A stretch of 64,000 nt of DNA from an uncultured Acidobacteriota bacterium (GCA_963828865.1 CAWHGI010000011.1:14263-78262); one strand, 5' to 3'. Counted from the first letter of the stretch, positions 38,437 to 48,161 are shown. Numbers and translations are program-made. The notes: generated by a model not told the origin, from the sequence alone.

Positions 38437-39314
38437 ACGCCACCACCCATCCCCCTGCCCATGCGGACGTTCTCGCCGATCCGGCCGTTCCCGTCACGCG
38501 CATCACTCCGCCCGGCCGCTGGTGGATCCTTCCTTTCGGCGAGTTATGGGAATATCGCGAGCTCCTCTACTTTTTTGTCTGGCGCGAGCTGAAAGTCCGT
38601 TACAAGCAAACGGTTGTCGGCGCCGCCTGGGCCGTCCTGCAACCCTTCTTGACCATGCTCATCTTCAGCCTCTTCTTCGGAAAGCTCGCCAACATTCCCT
38701 CCGGCGGCCTGCCTTATCCCGTTTTTTATTACAGCGCGCTGCTTCCCTGGATGTATTTCTCGTCGTCCCTGCAAAACGCCACCGGCAAAATCGTCGAAAA
38801 TCAGAACATGATCACCAAAGTCTATTTCCCGCGCCTGGCCCTTCCGATTTCCGCCGTGGTCTCCGGGCTCGTGGATTTTGCGATATCGTTTCTGATGTTT
38901 GTCGCCATCATGTTCTATTACCACATCCATCCCGGCTGGCCGCTCCTGATGCTTCCCGTTTTCCTGTTGCTCGCCGTGCTCACGGCCCTCGGCGTCGGCC
39001 TCTGGCTTTCCGCCCTCAATGCGATTTACCGCGACGTCCGTTACGTCGTCCCGTTTCTCGTCCAGTTTTGGATGTTCGCCTCGCCCGTCGTCTATCCCAG
39101 CTCCCTGGTCACGGCCAAGTGGCCCAAATGGGCCTGGCTGTACGGATTGAATCCCATGGTCGGCGTGATCGAAGGCTTCCGCTGGTCGCTCACGGGCACC
39201 GGTAACCCGCCCGGCCGCATGCTGCTCGCATCTGCTGTTGCTGTTGTGCTGGTTCTGGTCTGCGGCCTAATGTATTTTCAAAAGATGGAAACTACGATCG
39301 CCGATGTGGTCTAA
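38433..39314 (+). CDS. wzm: ABC-2-type polysaccharide export permease (Wzm/TagG-like)
   Basis: ELWEYRELLYFFVWRELKVRYKQTVVGAAWAVLQP is the ABC-2 signature, followed by six TM segments. The start overlaps the upstream stop (ATGA). Confidence 0.8.
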   Translation: MNATTHPPAHADVLADPAVPVTRITPPGRWWILPFGELWEYRELLYFFVWRELKVRYKQTVVGAAWAVLQPFLTMLIFSLFFGKLANIPSGGLPYPVFYYSALLPWMYFSSSLQNATGKIVENQNMITKVYFPRLALPISAVVSGLVDFAISFLMFVAIMFYYHIHPGWPLLMLPVFLLLAVLTALGVGLWLSALNAIYRDVRYVVPFLVQFWMFASPVVYPSSLVTAKWPKWAWLYGLNPMVGVIEGFRWSLTGTGNPPGRMLLASAVAVVLVLVCGLMYFQKMETTIADVV

Positions 39315-39347
39315 CTCGATGTGGCCTCACTCAACGTGCTCTAACCA

Positions 39348-40692
39348 ATGACCGAATCCGTCATTCGCGTCGAAGCCTTGGGCAAGCGCTATCGCCTCGG
39401 GGAAGGCCTGCGCCACACCGCGCTGCGCAACTTGCTCGGCGACGCTCTTGCGCGCGCCCCTGCGCCTCCTCACCGGCTCAAGCCGTGCGTCCAACGAGCC
39501 TCCGCGCTCGAGCTCGCCCGCCGGCAGCGCCCCGGCTGACCCAGGCATCGCCGCCAACGGAAGTTCGCGCTTCATCTGGGCGCTCAAAGACATCAATTTC
39601 GAAGTCCGTCAGGGCGAAGTCGTCGGCCTCATCGGCCGCAACGGCGCCGGCAAAAGCACCCTGCTGAAAATCCTCGCCCGCATCACTCGCCCCACCGAAG
39701 GCCACGCCGAAATTCACGGACGCGTCGGCAGCCTCCTCGAAGTCGGCACCGGCTTTCACGCCGAACTCACCGGCCGCGAAAATGTCTACATGAGCGGCGC
39801 CATTCTCGGCATGCGCAAAGCCGAAATAGACCGCAAGTTCGACGAAATCGTGGCCTTCTCCGAAGTCGAGCGCTTCCTGGACACCCCGCTGAAGCACTAC
39901 AGCAGCGGCATGCAAATGCGCCTCGCCTTCGCCGTAGCAGCCCACCTAGAACCCGAAATCCTCCTGGTAGACGAAGTCCTCGCCGTAGGCGACGCCGCCT
40001 TCCAAAAAAAATGCCTCGGCAAAATGGGTGACGTAGCCCGCCACGGCCGCACCATCGTTTTTGTCAGCCACAATATCGCGGCGGTGAAAGCGCTGTGCAG
40101 CAGGGCAGTCATGATTAAAGACGGAACCATCGCGAAATCCGGCGCGGTCGCGGAGGTCGTGGACGATTATTTGCTTGGGCTCTGCTCCCGGCGTGAACGC
40201 TAGAGAATGGCGCGATCCCGCCACTGCCCCGGCAACGAAAGCGTCCGTCTCAACTACATACGCATAATCCCCCCGGAAGAGAACGCCACGATTACCATTG
40301 ATACCGGCGTTTTGATCGAGATCGGATTCGATAACTTGCTGGAAGGCATCAATCTCGATTGCACCGTTTATGTGGCCAGTAGCGACGGCGTCCTTGTCTT
40401 CGAATCAGGCTACATCATCAGTTCGGAAAGTAACTCTCGCGCCGGCTCCTATCATCTGACCGGCCGCATACCGGAGCATTTGCTCAACGCCGGGCGTTAC
40501 TCCCTAAACGTCCTTTTTGGCAAGGATCAGCGCTATGTCCTCTTTCGCATGGATGACGTTATCTTCTTCGAAGTCGAGAACACTTCCACGGGAAGGGGCG
40601 CCAATCTGTCGGTTGCGCCAGGCGTCGTCCGGCCGCTACTATCGTGGCAACACTCCTTCGAGGAGAAATGTCCGTTGGTTAAGGAATCATGA
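39348..40692 (+). pseudogene. wzt: Polysaccharide ABC exporter ATPase with a C-terminal carbohydrate-binding domain (Wzt/TagH-like), split across frames
   Basis: MTESVIRVEALGKRYRLGEG (frame 3) continues as FIWALKDINFEVRQGEVVGLIGRNGAGKST...YSSGMQMRL...ILLVDEVLAVGD (frame 1, TAG at 40201). A short frame-2 stretch AREWRDPATAP follows, then a frame-1 Wzt_C-like beta-sandwich GNESVRLNYIRIIP... to 40692. ATG 40207 could also express the C-domain on its own. Confidence 0.7.
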
Positions 40693-41409
40693 TGAGTCAA
40701 GCCGAAAAGGTCCGGCTGGAAAACATAAGCAACGTTTCGCTCTATTGCGCGGGCGTCAATTCTGCCAGCATAAAATATTCGTTCAAGATAGCCCGGCGCC
40801 ACTTGGTCGGGCGATACCATTCTCGAGCTGGGGCCGGCCGAAGGTGTAATGACCGAACTGCTTGCCGCGACGGGAAAGAAATTGACCCTGGTCGAGGGCT
40901 CGGCTCTATTTTGCGATTCCTTGCGCCGTCGCTTTCCCGGCGCCAACACCGTGAACGCGCTCTTCGAAGAATTCCAGTCCAATGAACTCTTCGACAACAT
41001 CATCCTGGGTCACGTTCTCGAACACGTAGAGGATGCCGTAGACATTTTATCGCGCGCCAAACAGTGGCTTAAACCCGGCACCGGGCGTCTATTCGCGGCC
41101 GTGCCAAATGCTCGCTCCTTGCATCGGCAGGCCGCAGTAATCATGGGGATTTTGCGTGAAGAGGACAGTCTTAATGAGATGGACATGCACCATGGTCATC
41201 GCCGCGTCTTCAATCCCGAAACTTTTCGCAATTCCTTCACTCGAGCCGGTTTGAAAATCGAAATCTTCGGCGGCTACTGGATGAAGCCGGTTTCGAACGC
41301 CCAGCTCGAGGCCTCTTGGACTCCCGAGATGATTGAAGCTTTCATGGTGTTGGGCGAACGCTATCCAGACATCGCGGGAGAGATTTACGTGGTGGCCTCG
41401 CGCGCTTAG
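40689..41409 (+). pseudogene. Class I SAM-dependent methyltransferase, one frame change
   Basis: The N-terminus MMSQAEKVRLEN...FKIARRHLVG is in frame 3. Motif I GDTILELGPAEGVMTELL and the rest are in frame 1. Motif I lies upstream of the first in-frame ATG (40849). The switch is at about 40808-40815. Confidence 0.65.
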
Positions 41410-41415
41410 CTGCGG

Positions 41416-42008
41416 TCAGTCCCTGGCGATCGGTGTACGACGACGCGCCAGGCGGCAAATTGTCGCGTAGTGCCGGGCACGAAGCGCGGGCCAATTCGCA
41501 GACTTAACCCTATGTTCAATCGCTGTCTTGTGCTCGCCTCGAACAAGAAAATGATCTTCCAACACCGCCGTCCTCGAAGCCCCGAAACTGTCGTGGAACG
41601 AAACGACCCGTGGATTTTCGACCAGTGTTCGCGATGATACGCTCGCAAGCCCCAACTTTGAAAATGCCGCTTCGCAGATAAGCCATACGCTCTCCAGCGC
41701 TGCCATCGAGCCCCGCTTCAGAATCCATCGCCCCCACTGAGCGTGCGCAACTTATTTTCGATCTCATAGATTCCTATCGCGCCATGCCGCTCACCGGAAT
41801 CCGCATCCTCGACGATAAAATAATAGTCATCGGGGCGCGCGAAATAACGCTCCAGCCATGCAACTTGGTCCTCGACTCGCGGAGAAATCTCGTGAAGGTA
41901 ACGATTTAGCTGCGGATCGCTGCGTAGTTCCACAATAAACGCTGCATCTCCCAATGTCACAGGGCGTAAGCGGTAGCGCGCGCATGTAACACTGATGCTA
42001 TGTTCCAC
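41416..42008 (-). pseudogene. GNAT-family N-acyltransferase, one frame change
   Basis: GTG start. YRLRPVTLGDAAFIVELRSDP...GAIGIYEIENKLRT then continues in another frame as AQWGRWILKRGSMAALESVWLICEAAFSKLGL...VENPRVVSFHDSFG. The switch is at about 41740-41745. Confidence 0.6.
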
Positions 42009-42238
42009 TCTTTTCCTCGATCGCTTTCACGATTTCATCGGAACTGCGCAACTCCCCCATTTCCTCCTCGCTGAATTGCACTCCGAAATGTTCCTCGAGC
42101 AAAAGGATCAGTTGCACGTGCTTGAGCGAGTCCCATGTTGGTTCGGAGTCGCGTGTTACCGATTCGGCCGGCGCAACCGGGCGTCCAGGTGATGCTCAAT
42201 AACTCGGCGACAGCCGCCTGGATTTCGACTCGGGTCAT
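41998..42238 (-). pseudogene. Acyl carrier protein, one frame change near the N-terminus
   Basis: MTRVEIQAAVAELLSIT, then a shift at about 42185, then GRPVAPAESVTRDSEPTWDSLKHVQLILLLEEHFGVQFSEEEMGELRSSDEIVKAIEEKSGT with a DSL phosphopantetheine site. The ATG overlaps the FkbH-like stop (ATGA). Confidence 0.6.
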
Positions 42239-44091
42239 CCCGTGCGTCTGCTCCCATTTACTTGTGACCGGCGCTCCCAAATGTTCTTTGAGTTGCGGAA
42301 TTGCTTCCCAAAGGGCGGTCGTGAGACTCCCGTCTGAAAGTTGTGCGCTCCGGTAAAATTCGTCAGCCAGATACGCGCCGGCAGATTTCGCGGTCCCTCG
42401 CGAAACCGGAAAGCGACTTCGCGCAATCCGTGCCGTTCGATAATCGGAGCGAGAGCCAGCGCAATCATCGGACTCTCGATGCTTCGTCCCAGCGCGCGGC
42501 AACTGATCGCCACCTCGTCAATCACCAGCCGGTCGCCCTCCGCTCTCGCAAAAATCGCTCCGATGATGCCGCTGTCGCAGAATCTGTCGCGCATCCCTAT
42601 CGAAATCGCGAACTGCCCCGGTTCCTCTAGCCTGCGCGCTACTTCCACTTCGGAGAAGCGCTGCAGCCCCGTGTTGAATTGATTGGTTTTTTGCGAAAGC
42701 TCCGCGAGCCTCCCGCGCGCACTCTTCGAGTTCAACTCATAGGTAATTTCGATCTGCATCTCGCGTATGTAGTCCGCGCTGCTGGCTGCCGACGTTCGCA
42801 AATGTTCGCGCTCGCGCGCTGCCTCCAGATCGTTCACTCGCAGCGCCGTCGCTGAATTCGCGCGATAGCCGTTGAGCGCCGGATAATGCCGCAGCCAGAA
42901 CAGCGTTTGCCCGGGACTCTGCGAGTGCAGCAATGGCGTCGCCGCGTGAGCCGCGCGGAGCTGTGCAATTTCTCCCACATTGTCGTCAACCACAAGAATC
43001 GAATCAACGCCGATATGTAGCTGTTCGGCGATACTCGCCAAGCCTTCCGGTTTCGGACGCCATCCGACGCTGCTCGCCGAGAAATGCGCGGGCTTCAGAA
43101 GGAAATCCGTTCGCTCCTCGCAAAGTTTGATGAAATCGCGCTCGTCGTTCTTGGAAAGCACAGCGAGGAATACGCCCTCGCCTCTCAGCCGCAGCAGTTC
43201 TTTGTAAATGGCTTCGTGTTCGGCGCTGACGCGCACTCCCTCCACGCCGTCTTCTCCCAGCACGCCATCGTAAAGAGTGTTGTCCAGATCAACGGCGATA
43301 GCCTTGATACGCGGAAGCAGGACGCTGGGTAGCTGAACAAGGCCCAGACTGCGGGCCATCTCGATACAAGCGTTGTTGCTCAGTCTTGTGCCCTTGGCGG
43401 CCGCCGCTCGCTCGTCAAAAAATCTCCCGCTCATGTTCCGGAAAATCTCAGCGATATCCCACACGAACACCGAAGGCAGACTGTCGGCAATCTTTTCCAG
43501 CTCGCGATTGAACTCTTCGGCTTCGCGCTCCTCCGACGCCCAATTCGAGACGATGATCGGGCGATCCGTCATCTCCCGCAGCGACTTCAATCGCCCGGCA
43601 AACCAGTCGCGGAATGACGCCGAACCCGCCGTTTCCCCGTACCGCTCGAAGTCCAGCGAAATCAGTTGGATGGCCACAGGGTCAATCTGGGCAAAGCTGA
43701 GGCTGTCGTCATAATCGCTGTACGCGATGCTCGATTTCAGTCCGGACAACCAGAGGAACGGCGCCAGTACACTTCCCACCAGCTCAAACGCATAATTGCG
43801 GTGAACCTGCAAGCGTATCGGAGATAGATTGGGCGGCTCCGGAAGGCGCAAAAGGTCTGCGCGTTTCAGCGACGGTGCCGCTCTCACGTCATCTTCAATG
43901 GTATTCAGCAAGAGCATTGTCGTTGCGCCCATCAGATTATAGCCGACGTCTTGAGAGGCAGCGAACCCTCGATAAATTGCGCCAGGCCGCGACTTCAAAG
44001 TAATATCCCAATGATACGAATCCCCTGCCTGGGGATACCAGAAGAAAGTGGGATACAGCCTGTCTTTGCTGCGAGAACGAAGGCTTTGCAA
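42235..44091 (-). CDS. FkbH-like HAD-IIIC family phosphatase/acyl-loading protein
   Basis: 618 aa and intact. HAD motif I is IAVDLDNTLYDGVLGED, with AVLSKNDE and ILVVDDNVGE also present. The C-terminal GNAT-like region typical of FkbH-like proteins is there (KTNQFNTG...IDEVAISCRALGR). Confidence 0.75.
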   Translation of the reverse strand: MQSLRSRSKDRLYPTFFWYPQAGDSYHWDITLKSRPGAIYRGFAASQDVGYNLMGATTMLLLNTIEDDVRAAPSLKRADLLRLPEPPNLSPIRLQVHRNYAFELVGSVLAPFLWLSGLKSSIAYSDYDDSLSFAQIDPVAIQLISLDFERYGETAGSASFRDWFAGRLKSLREMTDRPIIVSNWASEEREAEEFNRELEKIADSLPSVFVWDIAEIFRNMSGRFFDERAAAAKGTRLSNNACIEMARSLGLVQLPSVLLPRIKAIAVDLDNTLYDGVLGEDGVEGVRVSAEHEAIYKELLRLRGEGVFLAVLSKNDERDFIKLCEERTDFLLKPAHFSASSVGWRPKPEGLASIAEQLHIGVDSILVVDDNVGEIAQLRAAHAATPLLHSQSPGQTLFWLRHYPALNGYRANSATALRVNDLEAAREREHLRTSAASSADYIREMQIEITYELNSKSARGRLAELSQKTNQFNTGLQRFSEVEVARRLEEPGQFAISIGMRDRFCDSGIIGAIFARAEGDRLVIDEVAISCRALGRSIESPMIALALAPIIERHGLREVAFRFREGPRNLPARIWLTNFTGAHNFQTGVSRPPFGKQFRNSKNIWERRSQVNGSRRTG

Positions 44092-44132
44092 TATCGTTTG
44101 AAGATCACGCGCAAACTGGAAAACTCAAGCTC

Positions 44133-44540
44133 ATGAGTCTCGCCAAATGCCGAATTATTGACCTTCCTAAAATCAGCGATCCACGCGGCAACCTCACCTT
44201 CATCGAGGGCGGGCGGCACGTACCCTTTGACATCAAACGCGTTTATTACCTCTATGATGTTCCCGGCGGGGCCGAGCGCGGCGGCCATGCCCACAAGAAT
44301 TTGCACCAGCTCATCATTGCGCTTTCGGGAAGTTTCGATGTGATTTTGGACGACGGCAAACAAAAACAGCGCTTTCATTTGAACCGTTCCTATAACGGAA
44401 TATACGTCTGCCCGATGATCTGGCGCGAACTGGATAATTTCTCATCGGCCTCCGTCTGCATGGTCCTGGCGTCAAACCTCTACGATGAAGCAGACTATTA
44501 CCGGGATTACCAGGAATTCGTTCAAGCCCAAACTCCATGA
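44133..44540 (+). CDS. WxcM/FdtA-family sugar-nucleotide 3,4-ketoisomerase (cupin)
   Basis: 135 aa with DPRGNLTFIE...VKRVYYLYDVPGGAERGGHAHKNLHQLIIALSGSF, a typical FdtA-like sequence. Confidence 0.8.
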   Translation: MSLAKCRIIDLPKISDPRGNLTFIEGGRHVPFDIKRVYYLYDVPGGAERGGHAHKNLHQLIIALSGSFDVILDDGKQKQRFHLNRSYNGIYVCPMIWRELDNFSSASVCMVLASNLYDEADYYRDYQEFVQAQTP

Positions 44541-44589
44541 AACCGTCTTTCTTTGAGGCTCAACGACCAAGAGCGACCCGAAGATTTCA

Positions 44590-45963
44590 TTGAAGCCAAT
44601 TCCACAGCTGAAACAAGATGTATTAGTAAGGTTGGCTGAGTTACGCGACAAGTTTCGCTACGCGAATTTTCGGCCATACAGCCGAGATGGGGTCGTTTTC
44701 GGCATAGGCGATCATGTAGCTTCTATTACCGCGATCCTGGAACGCGGCAATATGGAGATGTTCTTAAAACGTCTCGCAGAGTTAAGTCAAAGATTGTCGT
44801 CGGAACCTCTATGGGGGCGCGCGCTATTCATTCCGGAACTCGACAATCTGTCTCGTAAAGCTGGCAACCTCCTCGCGCCACGCCCTACCGCAAAGACCAA
44901 ATCCAAGCTGCTGGTCTATGTCGCTACCGAGGTTTTCCCTATTGGGGGGCACTCGAACGTTATACAAGATGCCGTCACCGCGCTGCCCGACTACCGTCAC
45001 ACTCTGATTGTAACGGCCATGGATAGATTGCATCCGGCCGTAATGTCCACGAAACTTCGCTTCGAGGCGCTGAATCTGGACGTCCGTTTCCTTACGTGTC
45101 CAAGCCGGGCAGAAAAAGCAAGGGAGTTAGCGTCTCTTACGGGGGGGCTTGCCCCATCGGCGGTTTTGATGCTCGCGAGCTACGACGACAGCGTCGCTTA
45201 TTCGGCGGTGACGGGAGATCCGGCACAGCGTGTGCTATTTCTGCACCATGCGGATCACCAGCCATCATTGGGTGCTTCCCGCTCCGACTACGTCCACGTG
45301 GATTTGACGCCAGCTTGCCACAGTGTCTGCGCATCTCGTCCCGATCTACACGCTTCACTTTTGAATCTGACGGCAAAAGACATTGGCACCGTTCAAATAT
45401 CTGACCGCCATCCCGTCATCGGGGTCACCTGTGGATCGCCTTACAAATACTCAGGATCGATCGAGTTCAGTTATGCCCAGTTAGTGGCGGCGCTGTTTTC
45501 GGCTGGTGTAGCTCGGATGTTCCATGTCGGTGATATGCCCGACTCACAAAGGAATCAAATCTACACAGACACCGTGGCGAATGGCCAAGACCCGAACCGA
45601 CTGGTTTTCCTGGCGAACGTTTCGTCTCTCGCGGCAAAATTGCTCGAAGTGTCTCCCGACTTTTACCTTACGTCGCACCCGCTTGGCGGGGGCAAGGCAA
45701 CCGTTGAGGCCCTGAGTGTGGGATTGCCAGTTCTATTTGTTTGTCCGGCCAGTAGGCCTCCATTGCTGGGTCCGGACATGACGTTCGGATCCGCTATCCC
45801 CATCTCAACCCTTGGGCAAGTTCCCGAAGCGATTCGTAAGCTCGAATCGGAAAAGAGTACCTTAGCAAAACGCAGCCGCGAGATTTACGAAACGCATTAT
45901 TCTGCGAAGGCATTCCGTGAGGGGCTACTTAGAGCGATTAATGGTCACTCTACCCGGTCGTAG
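44590..45963 (+). CDS. Hypothetical protein, possibly a GT-B-fold glycosyltransferase
   Basis: 457 aa with a TTG start and a weak RBS. The C-terminal segment SHPLGGGKATVEALSVGLPVLFV resembles a GT-B donor-binding motif. By eye it is more AT-rich than its neighbours. Confidence 0.4.
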   Translation: MKPIPQLKQDVLVRLAELRDKFRYANFRPYSRDGVVFGIGDHVASITAILERGNMEMFLKRLAELSQRLSSEPLWGRALFIPELDNLSRKAGNLLAPRPTAKTKSKLLVYVATEVFPIGGHSNVIQDAVTALPDYRHTLIVTAMDRLHPAVMSTKLRFEALNLDVRFLTCPSRAEKARELASLTGGLAPSAVLMLASYDDSVAYSAVTGDPAQRVLFLHHADHQPSLGASRSDYVHVDLTPACHSVCASRPDLHASLLNLTAKDIGTVQISDRHPVIGVTCGSPYKYSGSIEFSYAQLVAALFSAGVARMFHVGDMPDSQRNQIYTDTVANGQDPNRLVFLANVSSLAAKLLEVSPDFYLTSHPLGGGKATVEALSVGLPVLFVCPASRPPLLGPDMTFGSAIPISTLGQVPEAIRKLESEKSTLAKRSREIYETHYSAKAFREGLLRAINGHSTRS

Positions 45964-46078
45964 TCTTACGCAGCCCGCCCCACGGTAAATTTCATGTGGG
46001 AATACAGGATATTGTTGCCCGAAACAGACACTCCCGATTGCAGCGGCCCATTAGTTACAGGATAATCTATCTCTTGGG

Positions 46079-47290
46079 GTGACCAGCAAATCCATGCCGG
46101 CCGTCAGTTCCAAAGACCGCGAAGCGCAGCAGAACGCCATCCGCGCCATCGCCTTCCACCTTCCACAATTCCACCCGATCCCCGAGAACGACGAATGGTG
46201 GGGCAAAGGTTTTACCGAATGGATCAACGTAGTCCGCGCCGCCCCGCGTTTCCCCGGCCATTACCAACCGCACCTGCCCGCCGACCTCGGCTTTTACGAC
46301 CTGCGTCTCCCCGAAATCCGCGCCGCGCAAGCCGAGCTAGCCGCCGCCTACGGCATCCACGGTTTTTGCTACTACCACTATTGGTTCAACGGCCACCGCG
46401 TTCTGGAACGCCCCGTCAACGACATTTGCAAAACCGGCGAGCCGGATTTTCCCTTCTGCCTCTGCTGGGCCAATGAAAATTGGACGCGCCGTTGGGACGG
46501 CATGGACGCCGAAATCCTGCTCGCGCAGCATTACACTCCCGAAGATGACCTCGCGCACATTCGCGCGCTCATTCCCTATTTTTCAGACCCGCGCTACATC
46601 CGCGTCAACGATCGCCCCTTTTTCGCCGTCTATCGCGCCACCAAACTCCCCGATCCCCGCCGCACCACCGACATCTGGCGCGAAGAAGCCGAACGCGCCG
46701 GCCTGAAAGGCCTCTTCCTCGTTCGCGTCGAAAGCCACGTCGAATCCGGCGACCCCCGCGACCTCGGCTTCGACTGCGCTCTAGATTTTCAGCCGCGCTC
46801 CATGCCGCTCTATCGCCAGCAGCTCTTTCGCAGAAAGTGGTGGCATCGGCACAAACTAGGAACGGGTGAACCGGGCCTCGCGCAGAACTGGGTCTTCGAA
46901 TATGCGGCTCTTCTGAGCGATCTGGACAATCCTCTGCCGTCCTATCCGCGCATTCCCTGCGTTTCCCCCGGATGGGACAATAGCCCCCGGCGCAAAATCG
47001 GCGCGACGATCTTCATCAATTCCACGCCCGATCTCTACGAGCGCTGGCTGCGCGAGGTCGTCATCCGCCAGGCCGCTCGCCTCGCCGGCACAGCCAACGG
47101 CACGCCGGGCATTTCTCCCGAATCGCTCGTCTTCATCAATGGCTGGAACGAATGGGCCGAAAGCAATCATCTTGAGCCTGACCAGAAGTGGGGCCACGCC
47201 TATCTCCAGGCCACGCAAAAAGCGCTTTCCGCGGCGCGCCTGCACGTACCCTCGGAATGCGAAGCTCCCGGCGCGCAGACGGTGCGATGA
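46079..47290 (+). CDS. WbsX-family glycosyltransferase / GH99-like domain protein
   Basis: AFHLPQFHPIPENDEWWGKGFTEWINV...GFCYYHYWFNG...WANENWTRRWDG, characteristic of the WbsX family. Confidence 0.75.
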   Translation: MTSKSMPAVSSKDREAQQNAIRAIAFHLPQFHPIPENDEWWGKGFTEWINVVRAAPRFPGHYQPHLPADLGFYDLRLPEIRAAQAELAAAYGIHGFCYYHYWFNGHRVLERPVNDICKTGEPDFPFCLCWANENWTRRWDGMDAEILLAQHYTPEDDLAHIRALIPYFSDPRYIRVNDRPFFAVYRATKLPDPRRTTDIWREEAERAGLKGLFLVRVESHVESGDPRDLGFDCALDFQPRSMPLYRQQLFRRKWWHRHKLGTGEPGLAQNWVFEYAALLSDLDNPLPSYPRIPCVSPGWDNSPRRKIGATIFINSTPDLYERWLREVVIRQAARLAGTANGTPGISPESLVFINGWNEWAESNHLEPDQKWGHAYLQATQKALSAARLHVPSECEAPGAQTVR

Positions 47291-47330
47291 ACGCCTCGCT
47301 AGTTCACGGAAAAAGGGAAGCGGGTGTCAA

Positions 47331-48092
47331 TTGAGTGGCAGCTTGCGAATTACCGCTCCAACCGAGTCCCCCGACCAGAACGCCGCAGGTCTGCTCCAAA
47401 GCGCCCCCGACCCTCTGCGCTACGATATAGATCATCCCGCCGATCCCGACGAAGTCCACGGAATCATCGCCGACATGATTCCGGCGACTGCCAAAGTCCT
47501 CGACGTGGGCTGCGGCTCCGGCGCAGTAATGAAGATCCTGCAAGACGTCACCCACGCCGAGTTCCTGGGAATTGAACCGGACGCCACGCGCGCAGGACGC
47601 GCCTCCGCGCGCGGCCTCACCGTCCGCGCCGGTTACCTCACGGCAGAAACCGTTCGCGAAATCGGCGTGTTCGACATCGTGTTGTTTGCGGATGTCTTGG
47701 AGCACCTTCCGAATCCCCAGGCGATGCTTTCAGTCGCGCGCCAAGCGCTGAAACCCGGCGGCGCAGTAATCGTTTCCGTGCCCAATGTTGCGCACTGGTC
47801 CGTGCGTCTATGCCTTCTCCGCGGCATGTTCCAGTATCAGCAGGAAGGAATCATGGACGCCACCCACCTTAGATGGTTCACGCAGGAGAGCATAAAAGCA
47901 TTGCTCGCTTCCTCCGGGTTCAGCGTCGTCCAATATCGCGCCACCGCCGGTCAATGGCTTTCCGATAACTGGGGCCGCGCTCCCTTGCGCTGGCTGCCGT
48001 CCGGTGCTCGCGTGCGTTTCTTGCGCACCGCCAGCCGCCGCTGGCCCACTCTGTTCGGCGCCCAACACGTTGTAAAAGCCGTGATGCTATGA
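47331..48092 (+). CDS. Class I SAM-dependent methyltransferase
   Basis: VLDVGCGSGAVMKIL motif I, with IVLFADVLEHLPNP and GGAVIVSVPN. The start is uncertain (TTG 47331 or 47343). GTG 47324 in another frame has the better RBS spacing. Confidence 0.65.
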   Translation: MSGSLRITAPTESPDQNAAGLLQSAPDPLRYDIDHPADPDEVHGIIADMIPATAKVLDVGCGSGAVMKILQDVTHAEFLGIEPDATRAGRASARGLTVRAGYLTAETVREIGVFDIVLFADVLEHLPNPQAMLSVARQALKPGGAVIVSVPNVAHWSVRLCLLRGMFQYQQEGIMDATHLRWFTQESIKALLASSGFSVVQYRATAGQWLSDNWGRAPLRWLPSGARVRFLRTASRRWPTLFGAQHVVKAVML

Positions 48093-48161
48093 CTCACGGC
48101 CGAACTTTTCACGCAATCGCATCCTGCTGGTTGTGCGAGGGTAAGCCGCCGAGGCAAGTCT

